Assembly: GCA_963843555.1 (NCBI GenBank)
Contig: CAWJKV010000002.1
Span: 64,001-128,000, forward strand
Direction of reading: 5' to 3'
DNA length: 64,000 nucleotides
Source of the DNA: an uncultured Methanosarcinales archaeon
GTDB lineage: Archaea; Halobacteriota; Methanosarcinia; Methanotrichales; Methanotrichaceae
A model generated the notes under the pieces. The model was not told where the DNA came from, made no database searches, and saw only the letters and a list, made by a program, of their open reading frames with translations. Position numbers and translations under genes: made by a program. Below are positions 41,140 to 50,862 of this stretch, piece by piece (positions within the stretch are counted from its first letter, which is position 1; the number at the start of each line of letters is the position of its first letter).

Positions 41140-41985
41140 TCATCTCAAAAACTCGGTAACTATCGATAAGGTCTCCCCGGGATGGCTGATCCAGAAGATA
41201 TGCCCAGCTCCCTCAATCTCGCGTAATTGTGCGCCCGGTATGCTCTTAGCAATCTGGAAGCTATTTGGCGGCGGGATCAGCACATCCTGATTCCCGATTA
41301 TCACCATCGTCGGCGCACGAACAGTACTCAAGCGCTGGTCGACGTCAAACACAGTGAAGGCATTGAGCTGAGCCTCGTAGGCGGCAAGCGTGCATGGATG
41401 AGCAAGATTGGCCTGAATCTTCCGCTCCACGATGTCCGGATGGGTGTCAATGAACTCTTGCGGATAGCATACCGCTCCAGTCCACCACAGATAATCATGA
41501 GCTGAAAGGTCCAGCCTGGGGTAGAAGTACTTCTGGATTTCGGGTGGCGGAAAAGTCCTGGATCTTCCGCCAGCAGTCGTTGCACCGAGCACCAGCTTGT
41601 CGACGCGCTCCGGGTGATCGAGTGCCAATTGCAGGCCGATCATGCCTCCCATGCTCCCTCCGAAGACGTGGGCATGATCGATTCCGATGGCATCCATCAG
41701 GCCAACGGTATCTTCGGCCATCTGCTCAATGGCGAACGGCCCTGCGGGCTGATCGCTCCGTCCTGCTCCGCGATTGTCAAACAGAATGATCTTGTAACGA
41801 TCCGCCAATCTTTGAGGCACGATCCATCCCCAATCAAGGGAGTGGCCTCCCAGGCCCATAATCATAAGCAGTGGCTCCCCCTGGCCGTGAATCTCATAGT
41901 ACATCTTTATGTCGCCCACAGCGACCCTGCCTGCAGAATTCGGCTTGAGGGGAGCATCGAATAAATGCATAAGCGAAAAGGGCAT
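41140..41985 (-). CDS. Alpha/beta hydrolase
   Basis: MYYEIHGQGEPL, FDNRGAGRS, GGSMGG nucleophile elbow, G.QD and GAGH. Confidence 0.93.
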   Translation of the reverse strand: MPFSLMHLFDAPLKPNSAGRVAVGDIKMYYEIHGQGEPLLMIMGLGGHSLDWGWIVPQRLADRYKIILFDNRGAGRSDQPAGPFAIEQMAEDTVGLMDAIGIDHAHVFGGSMGGMIGLQLALDHPERVDKLVLGATTAGGRSRTFPPPEIQKYFYPRLDLSAHDYLWWTGAVCYPQEFIDTHPDIVERKIQANLAHPCTLAAYEAQLNAFTVFDVDQRLSTVRAPTMVIIGNQDVLIPPPNSFQIAKSIPGAQLREIEGAGHIFWISHPGETLSIVTEFLR

Positions 41986-42098
41986 CTAACAGTTAAAAAT
42001 TTTGCGATAATAAGACTCGACTTCTATTTAGAGAGAGGTGAAAAATATCAAAAATATTTAAGGCTCCTCGCTGTATCGAGTGGGTAGTCGATCATAGA

Positions 42099-42225
42099 GT
42101 CCTCTGTGAGTTCTCCGTGCGCTCTGTGTCTTTGTGGTGAACTTCAGTAACCATTGGTTATGACAAGCGTGCTCGCGACGTTTCAACCACAGAGCTCACA
42201 AAGTTCACAGAGTACTTACGGAGAC
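42099..42225. repeat. Imperfect palindrome built from ~9 bp CTCTGTG/CACAGAG subrepeats
   Basis: Left arm CTCTGTGAGTTCTCCGTGCGCTCTGTGTCTTTGTGGTGAAC pairs with right arm GTTTCAACCACAGAGCTCACAAAGTTCACAGAGTACTTACGGAGAC. Confidence 0.75.
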
Positions 42226-42350
42226 GAACTAAAAACGGGAAAACCATAGCAACCTGATTTTAGCCGCAAGAAATAGCGAAGAGCGATATTTAAGTACCTA
42301 TAGCGTGACTCCTTTGAAAGCCGATTGAAGCCATCTCAAGGAGTAAGAAA

Positions 42351-43244
42351 GTGCCTGTATTGAGCATAATCGCTTGTAGTATACTTGAGGACGAACTTAC
42401 TCACATGCTCTCTCTGGACCCGACGTTGCGACATCTTTTCCTGGTGGACAACCTGGATGGGATGAGGCTATCCAGGAAACTGCATGCCCAGAGTCGTGCT
42501 CATCTGCTTGTGGATGGCGAAGAAATCCCAGACCGAATAAAAACCCTTTACAGGGATAATTTCGGCAAATTCCTGGAACATTTGCTGAACGGATTTCACT
42601 TCATTCGCGGGCGGGCATCAGAGAATGTAAGCGAACGAGATCTTGTCGTGGTTGTAAATGTTCTTCGAATGGCATTGCATTCTGATGGCAAGCAGATTAT
42701 GGATGAGGTATACAAGAACATCCGAGATATGTCCAGGTTCTCTGACGGTATCCTGCTCCTATATGGATTGTGTGGAAATTCTTTGGGGAATATTGGGAAC
42801 GATTTGACGGATCTGGGTTGCCCCATATACTTCCTGACCGACAAAGACGACAAACGAGTGGATGACTGCATAGCTGTGGCATTAGGAGGAAACAAGCAAT
42901 ATGAGGAGGCTTTGGATAGATCTTATGGTATAGGGTTTTTCTTCACTCCAATGTGGGCTGTTAACTGGAGAGAGATCGAAAATGAGGCAAATAGATCTTC
43001 AAAATCACAATCTCAAAGCCTGGGATGCAAGCTGAATAGTCTGGGCTACAAGAGGGTGGCCAGGCTGGATACAGGGCTCCGATATACAGGAGATTTTGAG
43101 GTCGAATCAAGAGTTGGCGAATTCGCAAGTCTATACAACCTGGAGGTCGTCTGTCTTCAGGGAAGTACGGAGATCATAGACAGGTGCTACCAGCAGGCTA
43201 AAGATGGTATATTCTCATTGAATGATAATTTATCAAAGGATTAA
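42351..43244 (+). CDS. DUF1638 domain protein
   Basis: IIACSILEDEL, MALH, LLYGLCGN, VDDCIAVALGG, FFTPMWA and ARLDTG. Confidence 0.85.
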   Translation: MPVLSIIACSILEDELTHMLSLDPTLRHLFLVDNLDGMRLSRKLHAQSRAHLLVDGEEIPDRIKTLYRDNFGKFLEHLLNGFHFIRGRASENVSERDLVVVVNVLRMALHSDGKQIMDEVYKNIRDMSRFSDGILLLYGLCGNSLGNIGNDLTDLGCPIYFLTDKDDKRVDDCIAVALGGNKQYEEALDRSYGIGFFFTPMWAVNWREIENEANRSSKSQSQSLGCKLNSLGYKRVARLDTGLRYTGDFEVESRVGEFASLYNLEVVCLQGSTEIIDRCYQQAKDGIFSLNDNLSKD

Positions 43245-43290
43245 ATGCCGAAAGCCTCAAAGCGTCTCGCAACAGATATTGGGCCTGAAT

Positions 43291-43446
43291 ATGGTAATAA
43301 TACTATGCAATGATGCCGAGATCGAGGTCCCGGATGGCGAGATATGCGAGATCTGCGGCAACGAGCTGGAGGAGTTTGACGAGGTCACGGGCACTGGGAT
43401 TCACGGGTACTATCACTGGATCTGCGTGAATCATGCGGATGCGTGA
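43291..43446 (+). CDS. Small Cys/His zinc-binding-like protein
   Basis: MVIILCNDAEIEVPDGEICEICG..HGYYHWIC. A degenerate second copy lies at about 44623-44702. Confidence 0.65.
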   Translation: MVIILCNDAEIEVPDGEICEICGNELEEFDEVTGTGIHGYYHWICVNHADA

Positions 43447-43781
43447 GCGGGCTCGTGAGGCGGGCCGGAGGGCCTCAGGATGCGGGCCACGCTAAGGGAT
43501 GGCAAGATTCATCATTTTTCGCCGCCTACCCACGCTGGCGTGGCCCAAGTATCTCCATCAAGAGCTGATAAATTTTCGGGTACTATGCGACATGGCATGT
43601 TGCCGCATAACTAAACGGAGCTGTGATACCTCTTTTCTTCTTTGAATGGGGCTTTTAAAAATAGCTGATTAGGTCAAGCTACACGTAATGGCAGCTTATT
43701 TTTTAATCACGTTGATGCACCTATATTTTACCGGAAGGTTTAAGTAAAGTATTGAATATAATACACATGTAATTTTTTGTA

Positions 43782-44477
43782 TTGGAGTCGACATTGACTA
43801 AAAGCATCCAGAAGCAACCAGAGCTAGAAAACCTCCGGCCAGCAGAGCCAGAGATAGGAGGGATCGAAGAGATCGATCTCAGCGCACGGATTTACCCGAT
43901 TGATGAATACGTCGATGAGTCCGGGCGGGTTATCGTTCCGCTACGTGGCGAGTACGAGTGCGGCAATAATGACAACGAGTCCGGCATTTCTGCGATTGAG
44001 TTCGAAGGATATCGAAACTTCATTCAGAGAACCCGGTGGGCATCCTTGACGGAGCTCTTGGAAGAACGTGAGTTACTAAATCTAAACCGCCGGGATATGC
44101 CAATCGCCCGCGAGAAGGGCGGCCACACCACCATTTACGGTGAATTTGTGCCTCACACGCAGATAAACGATCTATTGACCCAAAATCCAGAATGCTACGG
44201 ATTTGTGGATGATGGATGCGGCGAAAATGAAGACAAGCACTACAGCCCGAAATGTCATCCCATATCGTTCTCACCAGCCTGCGAATACTGGGACGAAATG
44301 CAATATCGCATGATGCGCTCGGCTCGAACGAGATTCTGTGACAGGATAGATCACGGTATCATGGAACTAATCCCGCACAGAACCGTTCAGGAGACAGCCC
44401 TGATGAGTCTCACCTGGTGCAGCATCAGACGACTCCTGACGAAGCATACCACAGTGCCGCCAGGGCTTCACAGTTGA
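43782..44477 (+). CDS. Hypothetical protein
   Basis: 231-aa acidic ORF with no recognised motif. Confidence 0.5.
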   Translation: MESTLTKSIQKQPELENLRPAEPEIGGIEEIDLSARIYPIDEYVDESGRVIVPLRGEYECGNNDNESGISAIEFEGYRNFIQRTRWASLTELLEERELLNLNRRDMPIAREKGGHTTIYGEFVPHTQINDLLTQNPECYGFVDDGCGENEDKHYSPKCHPISFSPACEYWDEMQYRMMRSARTRFCDRIDHGIMELIPHRTVQETALMSLTWCSIRRLLTKHTTVPPGLHS

Positions 44478-44810
44478 AATGGCCAGAGTTTGGAATTCAT
44501 CCTCGTCGAGACGATCAAGACAGAAATCGCGAAGGTGAGAAGCTGCTCGAATTGATAAGAGCGGCTGAAGTGCAGTATTTGCAGATCTTTTTTTTGCGGC
44601 TCCTTCTTTCTGTGTCCAGGTGCTTGAGGAGTTCGACTGGGACGAGCACCGGGATTCACGGGTGCCGTTACTGGATCCGGGTGAATCATGTGGATGCATG
44701 AGCCGGCCTGGAGCAGTTGGCGAGGCCGACTCTTCCCCGAAAGGATGGCAAGATTCATAAACCATAGATGCCTAGGATGGTTCTCGATCTGCGCTAGAGG
44801 CAGGTCGGAT

Positions 44811-44895
44811 GCGGGGATAACCAAGCCAGGCCAACGGTGATAGACTCAAGATCTATTCTCGCAGGAGTTCAAGGGTTCGAATCCCTTTCCCCGCA
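44811..44895 (+). tRNA. tRNA-Leu(CAA)
   Basis: Acceptor GCGGGGA/TCCCCGC+A, anticodon arm ATAGA-CTCAAGA-TCTAT, variable arm, GTTCGAATCC T-loop. Confidence 0.95.
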
Positions 44896-45831
44896 TAATA
44901 TTAGTTCGCAGCATATCGATTTTTAGAGAATCCTTCCTAAGTCGCTTACGAGTAAGTAAGTATCGAATTTTTCATTCTCATCAGCTATCTGGCACTTGCT
45001 CATCCGGGAGGAGAACCACCAAGGCTTCCTGATTGTGGAGCACGATCTCATGCTATCGAGGATTCCAAAGATCCATATTATGCGGCAGCATAGCTTTGCG
45101 ATATTCTCGATTGGAGCCTGGAATTCCATTGAGTGATCTACTAGCACAACCGGCTATGCATCTCGGGCAATGACAGGCATATACCATCAGCGCAAGTCCT
45201 AACCATAGGCGAGAAACATATATGCCGTCAGGTTTATCGGATTGGCTGAAATGACTAAAGGATCAAATGGGGTGAAATAAAATATGCAACAAGGAGACGG
45301 AAAGGAGAGAGAAAAAGTGAGCAAGAAGGATCAGAAAGCGAAGAAGCTTGATGGAGAAAAGGGGCAGAAGCCAAAACGCGGCAAGAGATAGATGCATATT
45401 GCCGGCCGTTCTCTCTCTGGCGCGAGTCCCACACCATATGAATATAACATGCCATGCACGCTTTGAGCGAGGTATCCTGAGGATCTCCTTTCCCAGTAAG
45501 AATGGCATGGACGACTGTTGGCCGCTCAAAACGACTTGGGGTCGTAACGCCTTTCAGCTCGCGGCAATCTTGGAAGAGACCTCCACAGCTTCCTGATTTG
45601 AAACCTTGAGGATCTGCGAGAAGAGTATGAATTACTGGGATGGAGGGTTATCCTTCTGGAGGCAACGACCCGAACACGCCGCTAACGTATCTCAACCGTT
45701 AAAGAAAAAGAGACCCACAGGAAAAGTAATAAATGGTTGCAACGCGAAAATCATCGAAAAATGTCTGAGGATCTCTCAGGGAAAGGGTAATAGATGAGCA
45801 TGTCGAAAAAATGGCCAATAGGAGAACTCGT

Positions 45832-46014
45832 ATGACTATGAAAGTAGAAATCAAGGATAACAAGCTCTTCATAGAAATTGACCTGGAAGAACCAACCCCA
45901 TCGTCATCCGGTAAAACCCTTGTTGTTGCAAGTACACATGGGAATATCGTTACTACCGCTAAAGTTAATGATAAGCCGATCACCATCGGATTGAATGCTT
46001 ATATTAAGCCTTGA
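45832..46014 (+). CDS. Small conserved hypothetical protein
   Basis: AGGAG RBS; IEIDLEEPTPSSSGKTLVVASTHGN..IGLNAY, a recognisable small uncharacterised family. Confidence 0.75.
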   Translation: MTMKVEIKDNKLFIEIDLEEPTPSSSGKTLVVASTHGNIVTTAKVNDKPITIGLNAYIKP

Positions 46015-46482
46015 GCAACCGCAGAGCTGCTCTATACCATGTGGCTGACTCAGGTCGAGATGAAGGTAGGGGTGGGTTATGTTTCTCGACCATCGGCCCT
46101 CGTTTGTGAGCTTTAAGAAAGGCCTCTACTTAACTCGTTCGAGCATATGCCTGAGGGCAGCTGCGCTCGGCCAGTCCGTCCCATGGGAGTCTTTCTTGGC
46201 CCTTGTGGCTTTTTTGCTGGCGTTTTCACTTGGAAGCGTGGCAGTTCTTAGAAAGCTCAGTGTGTAGAGAGACATAGGGTTTGATTCTTACTCGTAAACT
46301 CGTGCGCGGTTCACGTCCCCCGCACTTCAGATAATCAATGCATAGCGGCTTTGTGTGTTTTATATTGGTTGCAGTTTGCCCAAACGAAATATATCGTAGT
46401 ATATTCGGGGTGGTAGCAAGATGGGCAAAGCAAAGGTGACTGGCATACTAGACCGGATGAAATATTCATAAAAGATATTGTG

Positions 46483-46672
46483 TTAGATCGAAGGTTCCAA
46501 CGGCTTGCCGGAACCGGCCAGGGCCTGATTTACGATGGCGGGTGCTGTCTCCTCCCGTCCAGCCGGTTGCCCGGAGAAGCGTTGGATGTGCGGCGGTGTG
46601 ACGTTTATGGGATGCGCAGGTGTGCCACCACCTGTTCGGCAACCCGGTCCGCTTCCTGCTCGTAGACATCTC
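46483..46672 (-). pseudogene. DUF4157 (eCIS core domain) gene fragment
   Basis: DVYEQEADRVAEQVV, then after a frameshift PPHIQRFSGQ..APAIVNQALAGSGKPLEP. These parallel FEHEADTVARQI and PSIVHEVLRSPGAPLDP in 62208-63863. Confidence 0.7.
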
Positions 46673-46674
46673 CG

Positions 46675-46835
46675 GGAGTATTTCCCAATGCGAAGAAGCA
46701 TGCGACCGGTATATCAAGGGTTATAAAAATGTTCTAAAGCTTCATGGCGATGGGATTCCTGCAGAGAACATTGCTTCTGAGTTGGAGATGAGTAAATCCC
46801 TGGTCGGTCAGTACGTCGAGATTTCAACGATCTAG
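46675..46835 (+). pseudogene. DUF1670-like (IS-associated HTH) C-terminal fragment
   Basis: EEACDRYIKGYKNVLKLH..IASELEMSKSLVGQYVEI. Confidence 0.5.
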
Positions 46836-46928
46836 CTGAGTTGAAGAAGGAATAGAAAAGATGATATTCAAGAAAATCGGTAACACGGAGAATGTAGAGG
46901 TCATTTGCCACTATTATCCTTGGATATA

Positions 46929-46983
46929 GATTGATGTGTGGGATAACAGGGCCGTCAATTTTACAGAAAATTCGGCACACTAC
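46929..46983 (+). mobile_element. Isolated IS256-type right end
   Basis: GATTGATGTGTGGGATAACAGGGCCGTCAATTTTACAGAAAATTCGGCACACTAC is identical to 1583-1636 apart from one extra T. Confidence 0.85.
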
Positions 46984-47083
46984 AGTCCAGAGCTGCCGAA
47001 TATTCAATGAGTAACGAAAAAACTACGTCCTGAAAAGCCTTAAAGGCCCAGGAGCTGATCCTGGGCATTGGCATTTTATGATG

Positions 47084-48631
47084 CTACACATTCCTGTTCG
47101 CTGCCGTCTTGTCGCACGGCGGGTTTAAGGCTTTTTTGATCCAGCAGCGGCAATCTGCTTGCAGCACCCAATTTTCAGTACTGCTGCCGTCTTTATTTAT
47201 GACAGCCAGCGGAGCATAGTGATGGTCAATTCCGTGCGGAGGAAGAAGCCGCCGGCCATCCGGATCCAGGGCGTCTTCCGGCCATTCCACATCCCCGGTG
47301 GCAGTCCGCGCAGGGACAAGCCAGTAGTCGCCTCTTTGGTAGTTGTGAACGGTGTCTGGCGATTTTGATTTTTCGAACCAAATCTGGACCCCGTCTTCAA
47401 GTGTGAGCCAATTATCCTCCTCTACGTAGAGGGCTCCATCATCCGCCAGTTCAGGCTCATCCTGCTCAGTTGGGTCACCCTTCTTATGATCCCAGCGACG
47501 CAGCAGTGGGTGATTTTGGTCCCCTTCCATATAATCAGGCAGTTTTGAGCTGTCCTGGAGCCTCAGGGTCACTGTCATCTCAGTCGTGTCTACAGTGTCG
47601 ACCTGAACCAGAGGTCTGGTTTCAGTCAGTGGAGAGGGCCTGGATTGGATCAACAAAGCATAATCGTCGTCAACCACCTCGACCCAGTCATCCTTCTTCA
47701 GGCTCAGCCGGTCATCTCTCCCCAGGTGCTCCAGCACTACCAAATTGCCTGCTTTAGAGATGATGGGAAAAGCGACTGTGCCGTTATCACGGGACCACTT
47801 GAATGTGGCAGCCTCAGATCTATTCGATCTGTCAATCTCCTGAGCAAATCCGTCCCTATGAATCTCCACCCGGTAGAGCTGGTTTTCTTCCCCCCTGTAG
47901 CTTGACTCAGGAGAGGTTATGCAGGGTTCAGTCGGCACCTCATCCGTTTCCTTTGCCTTGGCCTTGAGGCATCCCCGATTGGAATTTTGAAGCAGATTAT
48001 TCGCAATCAGGCTCCATTTTTGCCTGATAACATCGCAAAGCGTCTCTCCAGGGGCAGGGGTGCCTGCATATTCTTTCCAGTCATTCTGGCCACCTGATTT
48101 TAGTGCCTTAACCTGCCACACTACCTTGGACCTGCTCGCTGTATCCGCCACTCCCAGAGCCTTTTCCCTTATGTAATCGTCCTCGATATAGCTGATATGG
48201 CGCTCCCAGACGTCCAGGTAAGCCAGGAAGGGAAGATCGTCAGGCTGGAAATCGCTCTTGGCGGCATCGCGGGGGTAATCCGGTTGATTATAGTATCCCA
48301 GCTCGCCCTCCAAATTTCCGCATATGTTGACATTCGGTTCGTTCTCGCAGAGGATGCCGTCGACGTAGTACCGGCCCCGGCTGATGTTGAAGCTCTTGGG
48401 TGAAGTTGTTGTCGGAATTATGCCAAATCCCCGTTCGGCAGCATTCTCAGGTCCCGCAAAAGGTCCAATGAGGTCCTTGGCCAGCGTCTGCATATAGTGC
48501 AGCAATATGTCCGTTTGCTCGTTCCAGTCTGCGTCCAGGCTGACCCTGCCCTGCTGCATCAGCACACGCATGAAGTGCTTGCTGGGGTCGAAAGTGTCGC
48601 GTGAAAAATCTCCTCTAAACTCGCCTTTCAT
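47084..48631 (-). CDS. DUF6519 protein (eCIS fibre/baseplate-attachment)
   Basis: GDFSRDTFDP..VLMQQGRVSLDADWNEQ, GRYYVDGILCEN, AYLDVWER, ENQLYRVEIH, FKWSRDNG and GDYWLVPARTATG. Confidence 0.9.
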   Translation of the reverse strand: MKGEFRGDFSRDTFDPSKHFMRVLMQQGRVSLDADWNEQTDILLHYMQTLAKDLIGPFAGPENAAERGFGIIPTTTSPKSFNISRGRYYVDGILCENEPNVNICGNLEGELGYYNQPDYPRDAAKSDFQPDDLPFLAYLDVWERHISYIEDDYIREKALGVADTASRSKVVWQVKALKSGGQNDWKEYAGTPAPGETLCDVIRQKWSLIANNLLQNSNRGCLKAKAKETDEVPTEPCITSPESSYRGEENQLYRVEIHRDGFAQEIDRSNRSEAATFKWSRDNGTVAFPIISKAGNLVVLEHLGRDDRLSLKKDDWVEVVDDDYALLIQSRPSPLTETRPLVQVDTVDTTEMTVTLRLQDSSKLPDYMEGDQNHPLLRRWDHKKGDPTEQDEPELADDGALYVEEDNWLTLEDGVQIWFEKSKSPDTVHNYQRGDYWLVPARTATGDVEWPEDALDPDGRRLLPPHGIDHHYAPLAVINKDGSSTENWVLQADCRCWIKKALNPPCDKTAANRNV

Positions 48632-50862
48632 GTTTCTCCTCCAAAGTTCACAAAGATGATGCCTACATCTGTCCCTGCCGGGGTGTACTCTTCAAGACGG
48701 GCGCGCAGGTTGGCCTCCCTCTGGGGCTGGTAAAGGTCGTGGAAGGCCCCCATCTCCGATTGGTCGTCTGCACCCCTTTTTATCTCCTCGGCACAGGAAT
48801 CGGCCAGCTGGAAATAATCAGGCGTACCGTAATGAGTGCTGTTGAACTGGGGTATAACCCGGTCACTCTCGCGCTTTTTTGCAGCTTTTATCTCTTCTTT
48901 TAGCTCGTCATCAGAGAGAATTGTTAGAGCTGTGCCCGGTTCTCTGGAAGCAATGCGCATCTCCTCTTCTGCAGCCTGCTCCACAAGATCCGGCTGGCAG
49001 TTGTAACGACGGGGAGTCCTGGATCCCGGCGCAACATAACAGAATCGAACGCATCCTTCCTGACGGCGGCACACCGTGACCCTGCCGAAGAATATGGAGT
49101 TCTCGGCCAGATCGATGGCATGGACCTGGGTCTCCCCATAGATCGTGCTGCGTAGGAGGGTCAACTTCGCAAAGGCCACAGGGCATCCCGATGCATCCAA
49201 TGCTTTCTTTTCTCGCTCCGTAGCATCCAATATGCTATCCTTGACACAGATGGAAAGTGGATCGGTTCGTACCTCATCCTGGTTCACCAGGATAGATCCA
49301 AGGATGCTGCTTTCGACAACCAGACGGGCAGTGGTGTTAACCAGCCTCAAGCTAGGAGCAGCACTTTTTTGCGTCTGATGATCGTCTTCCTGCATCCAGC
49401 CCGGAACAAGGGTAGAATGCCGGATCTTGACCTCTAAGAGCTCTCCTGTAACTTTTATGCCTCTACCCGTGATGAGAAGCCCGTCCAGGGTTATACGACC
49501 CGGCCTCCCCTCTCCGCGAGTTCCTTCGATCTTTAGAGAATCCGACCGGTTTGTCTCCCAGTTCAGGAGACGTATCACAGGCCTCTTGCCATTGGCGGCA
49601 CGCAGCTCCAGCTGGTCGCATGCCTGCAGAGTGATCCTGATCTGCTCCACATAAGCGCCGCTATCTTCGATCTCTATGATGGCGTCGCGCTTTTTCGCGT
49701 CTTTGATTTTATCATTATTCCATTGGGATAAAGCATCGCCAATCCTTTGGAAACTCTCTGTCGGGCCCACCCGATAGACCTCTTGCGTCGGTCTCTGCCT
49801 GAGCTTTCTCGGGTACTCTCCGCCCCCCATGTCAGTGCTGAACCCATAGTGATAGGATACCCAGATCTCGACATCGGAATCCTTAAGGGAATAAGAGCTG
49901 GAAAAGGCGATCCTTCCAAGCACTGGGTCCACAGCCACATCATCATCCTTGGGCGCATAAGACCAATCGCTGAGGTCCGAAGCTATTATGTTCTCAATAG
50001 GGATCGGGTGGCTCAGGCCGCCCCTCCAGATGCAAAGGCTTTTGCCCTCTCCATAGAAGTCCTCCAGCCGCTCCTCAAAGGCCCGGCGTCTGATGACTGT
50101 GGGAACGTTGGTCTCATCGGCTATATGGGTGGGATCCGGCTCCTCTATGGGTTTAGTGAAGAGCTTGGTGTCCTTTCCCAGAATGCTGAATGTAAAATGG
50201 TTAAGGTCCCTATCTATGCAGTAAGCCGGAGACTGCGTGACAGAATATGAATTCAGCCTCCAAACATAGATCCCGACGCTTGGGATGTTATACCTCCCGA
50301 GAGTGCGGTGGGAATTTATGCGACGAACGTCCACGGTATGAGCCAGCTCATCGAAGGGGCCGTCCAGACGTGCGAGGGCATCACCCTGGCGCATGTCCAC
50401 TGTTTTACCCCTATCCAGGTGTTGGTGGTTGATGTGCTGAGCCACTCTCAGGAGCCGGTAGAACTCCACCGCTCTGGCCGGCCAGCCGGCAACGCTCCGG
50501 GACAGCTCTTCCAGCAGGGCCAGGGTTCCCTTTCTTCTCCGATAGCCAATGGTGTTGGCAACCTCTCTTCTGGGGAAAAGGATCTTGTTGAGCCTCTGGC
50601 CACCTGTTTCGGTCACGGATCCAGGCTCGCCTGCATCTGAGACGGGCCGGTAGCCAACCAGATCCCCTATATAGGGCACCACCCAGTCCTGGCATGTCTC
50701 GATGAACCAGTTCTCATAGAGCCCGGCAATGTCATCTTCCGCGACGTTCACCTGCTCTGAGATCACCTGCAGCAGTGCCTTTAGGGGATAGCCCTGGTCT
50801 GCATCGCGCTGGCGGTAGACGGCTGGGAGCAAATTGTAAAGACGGTCCTTTGATTGGCTCAT
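48628..50862 (-). CDS. eCIS phage-tail/baseplate wedge protein (tail protein I / gp7-like)
   Basis: LYNLLPAVYR..D, LYENWFIETCQDWVVPYIGDLVG, RREVANTI.YRRRKGT, VDPVLGR and EMGAF. Confidence 0.85.
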   Translation of the reverse strand: MSQSKDRLYNLLPAVYRQRDADQGYPLKALLQVISEQVNVAEDDIAGLYENWFIETCQDWVVPYIGDLVGYRPVSDAGEPGSVTETGGQRLNKILFPRREVANTIGYRRRKGTLALLEELSRSVAGWPARAVEFYRLLRVAQHINHQHLDRGKTVDMRQGDALARLDGPFDELAHTVDVRRINSHRTLGRYNIPSVGIYVWRLNSYSVTQSPAYCIDRDLNHFTFSILGKDTKLFTKPIEEPDPTHIADETNVPTVIRRRAFEERLEDFYGEGKSLCIWRGGLSHPIPIENIIASDLSDWSYAPKDDDVAVDPVLGRIAFSSSYSLKDSDVEIWVSYHYGFSTDMGGGEYPRKLRQRPTQEVYRVGPTESFQRIGDALSQWNNDKIKDAKKRDAIIEIEDSGAYVEQIRITLQACDQLELRAANGKRPVIRLLNWETNRSDSLKIEGTRGEGRPGRITLDGLLITGRGIKVTGELLEVKIRHSTLVPGWMQEDDHQTQKSAAPSLRLVNTTARLVVESSILGSILVNQDEVRTDPLSICVKDSILDATEREKKALDASGCPVAFAKLTLLRSTIYGETQVHAIDLAENSIFFGRVTVCRRQEGCVRFCYVAPGSRTPRRYNCQPDLVEQAAEEEMRIASREPGTALTILSDDELKEEIKAAKKRESDRVIPQFNSTHYGTPDYFQLADSCAEEIKRGADDQSEMGAFHDLYQPQREANLRARLEEYTPAGTDVGIIFVNFGGET

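Noticed and set aside
44995..45060. ABC ATPase fragment (GFLIVEHDL)
   Set aside because: A single short motif with no other ABC signature around it.
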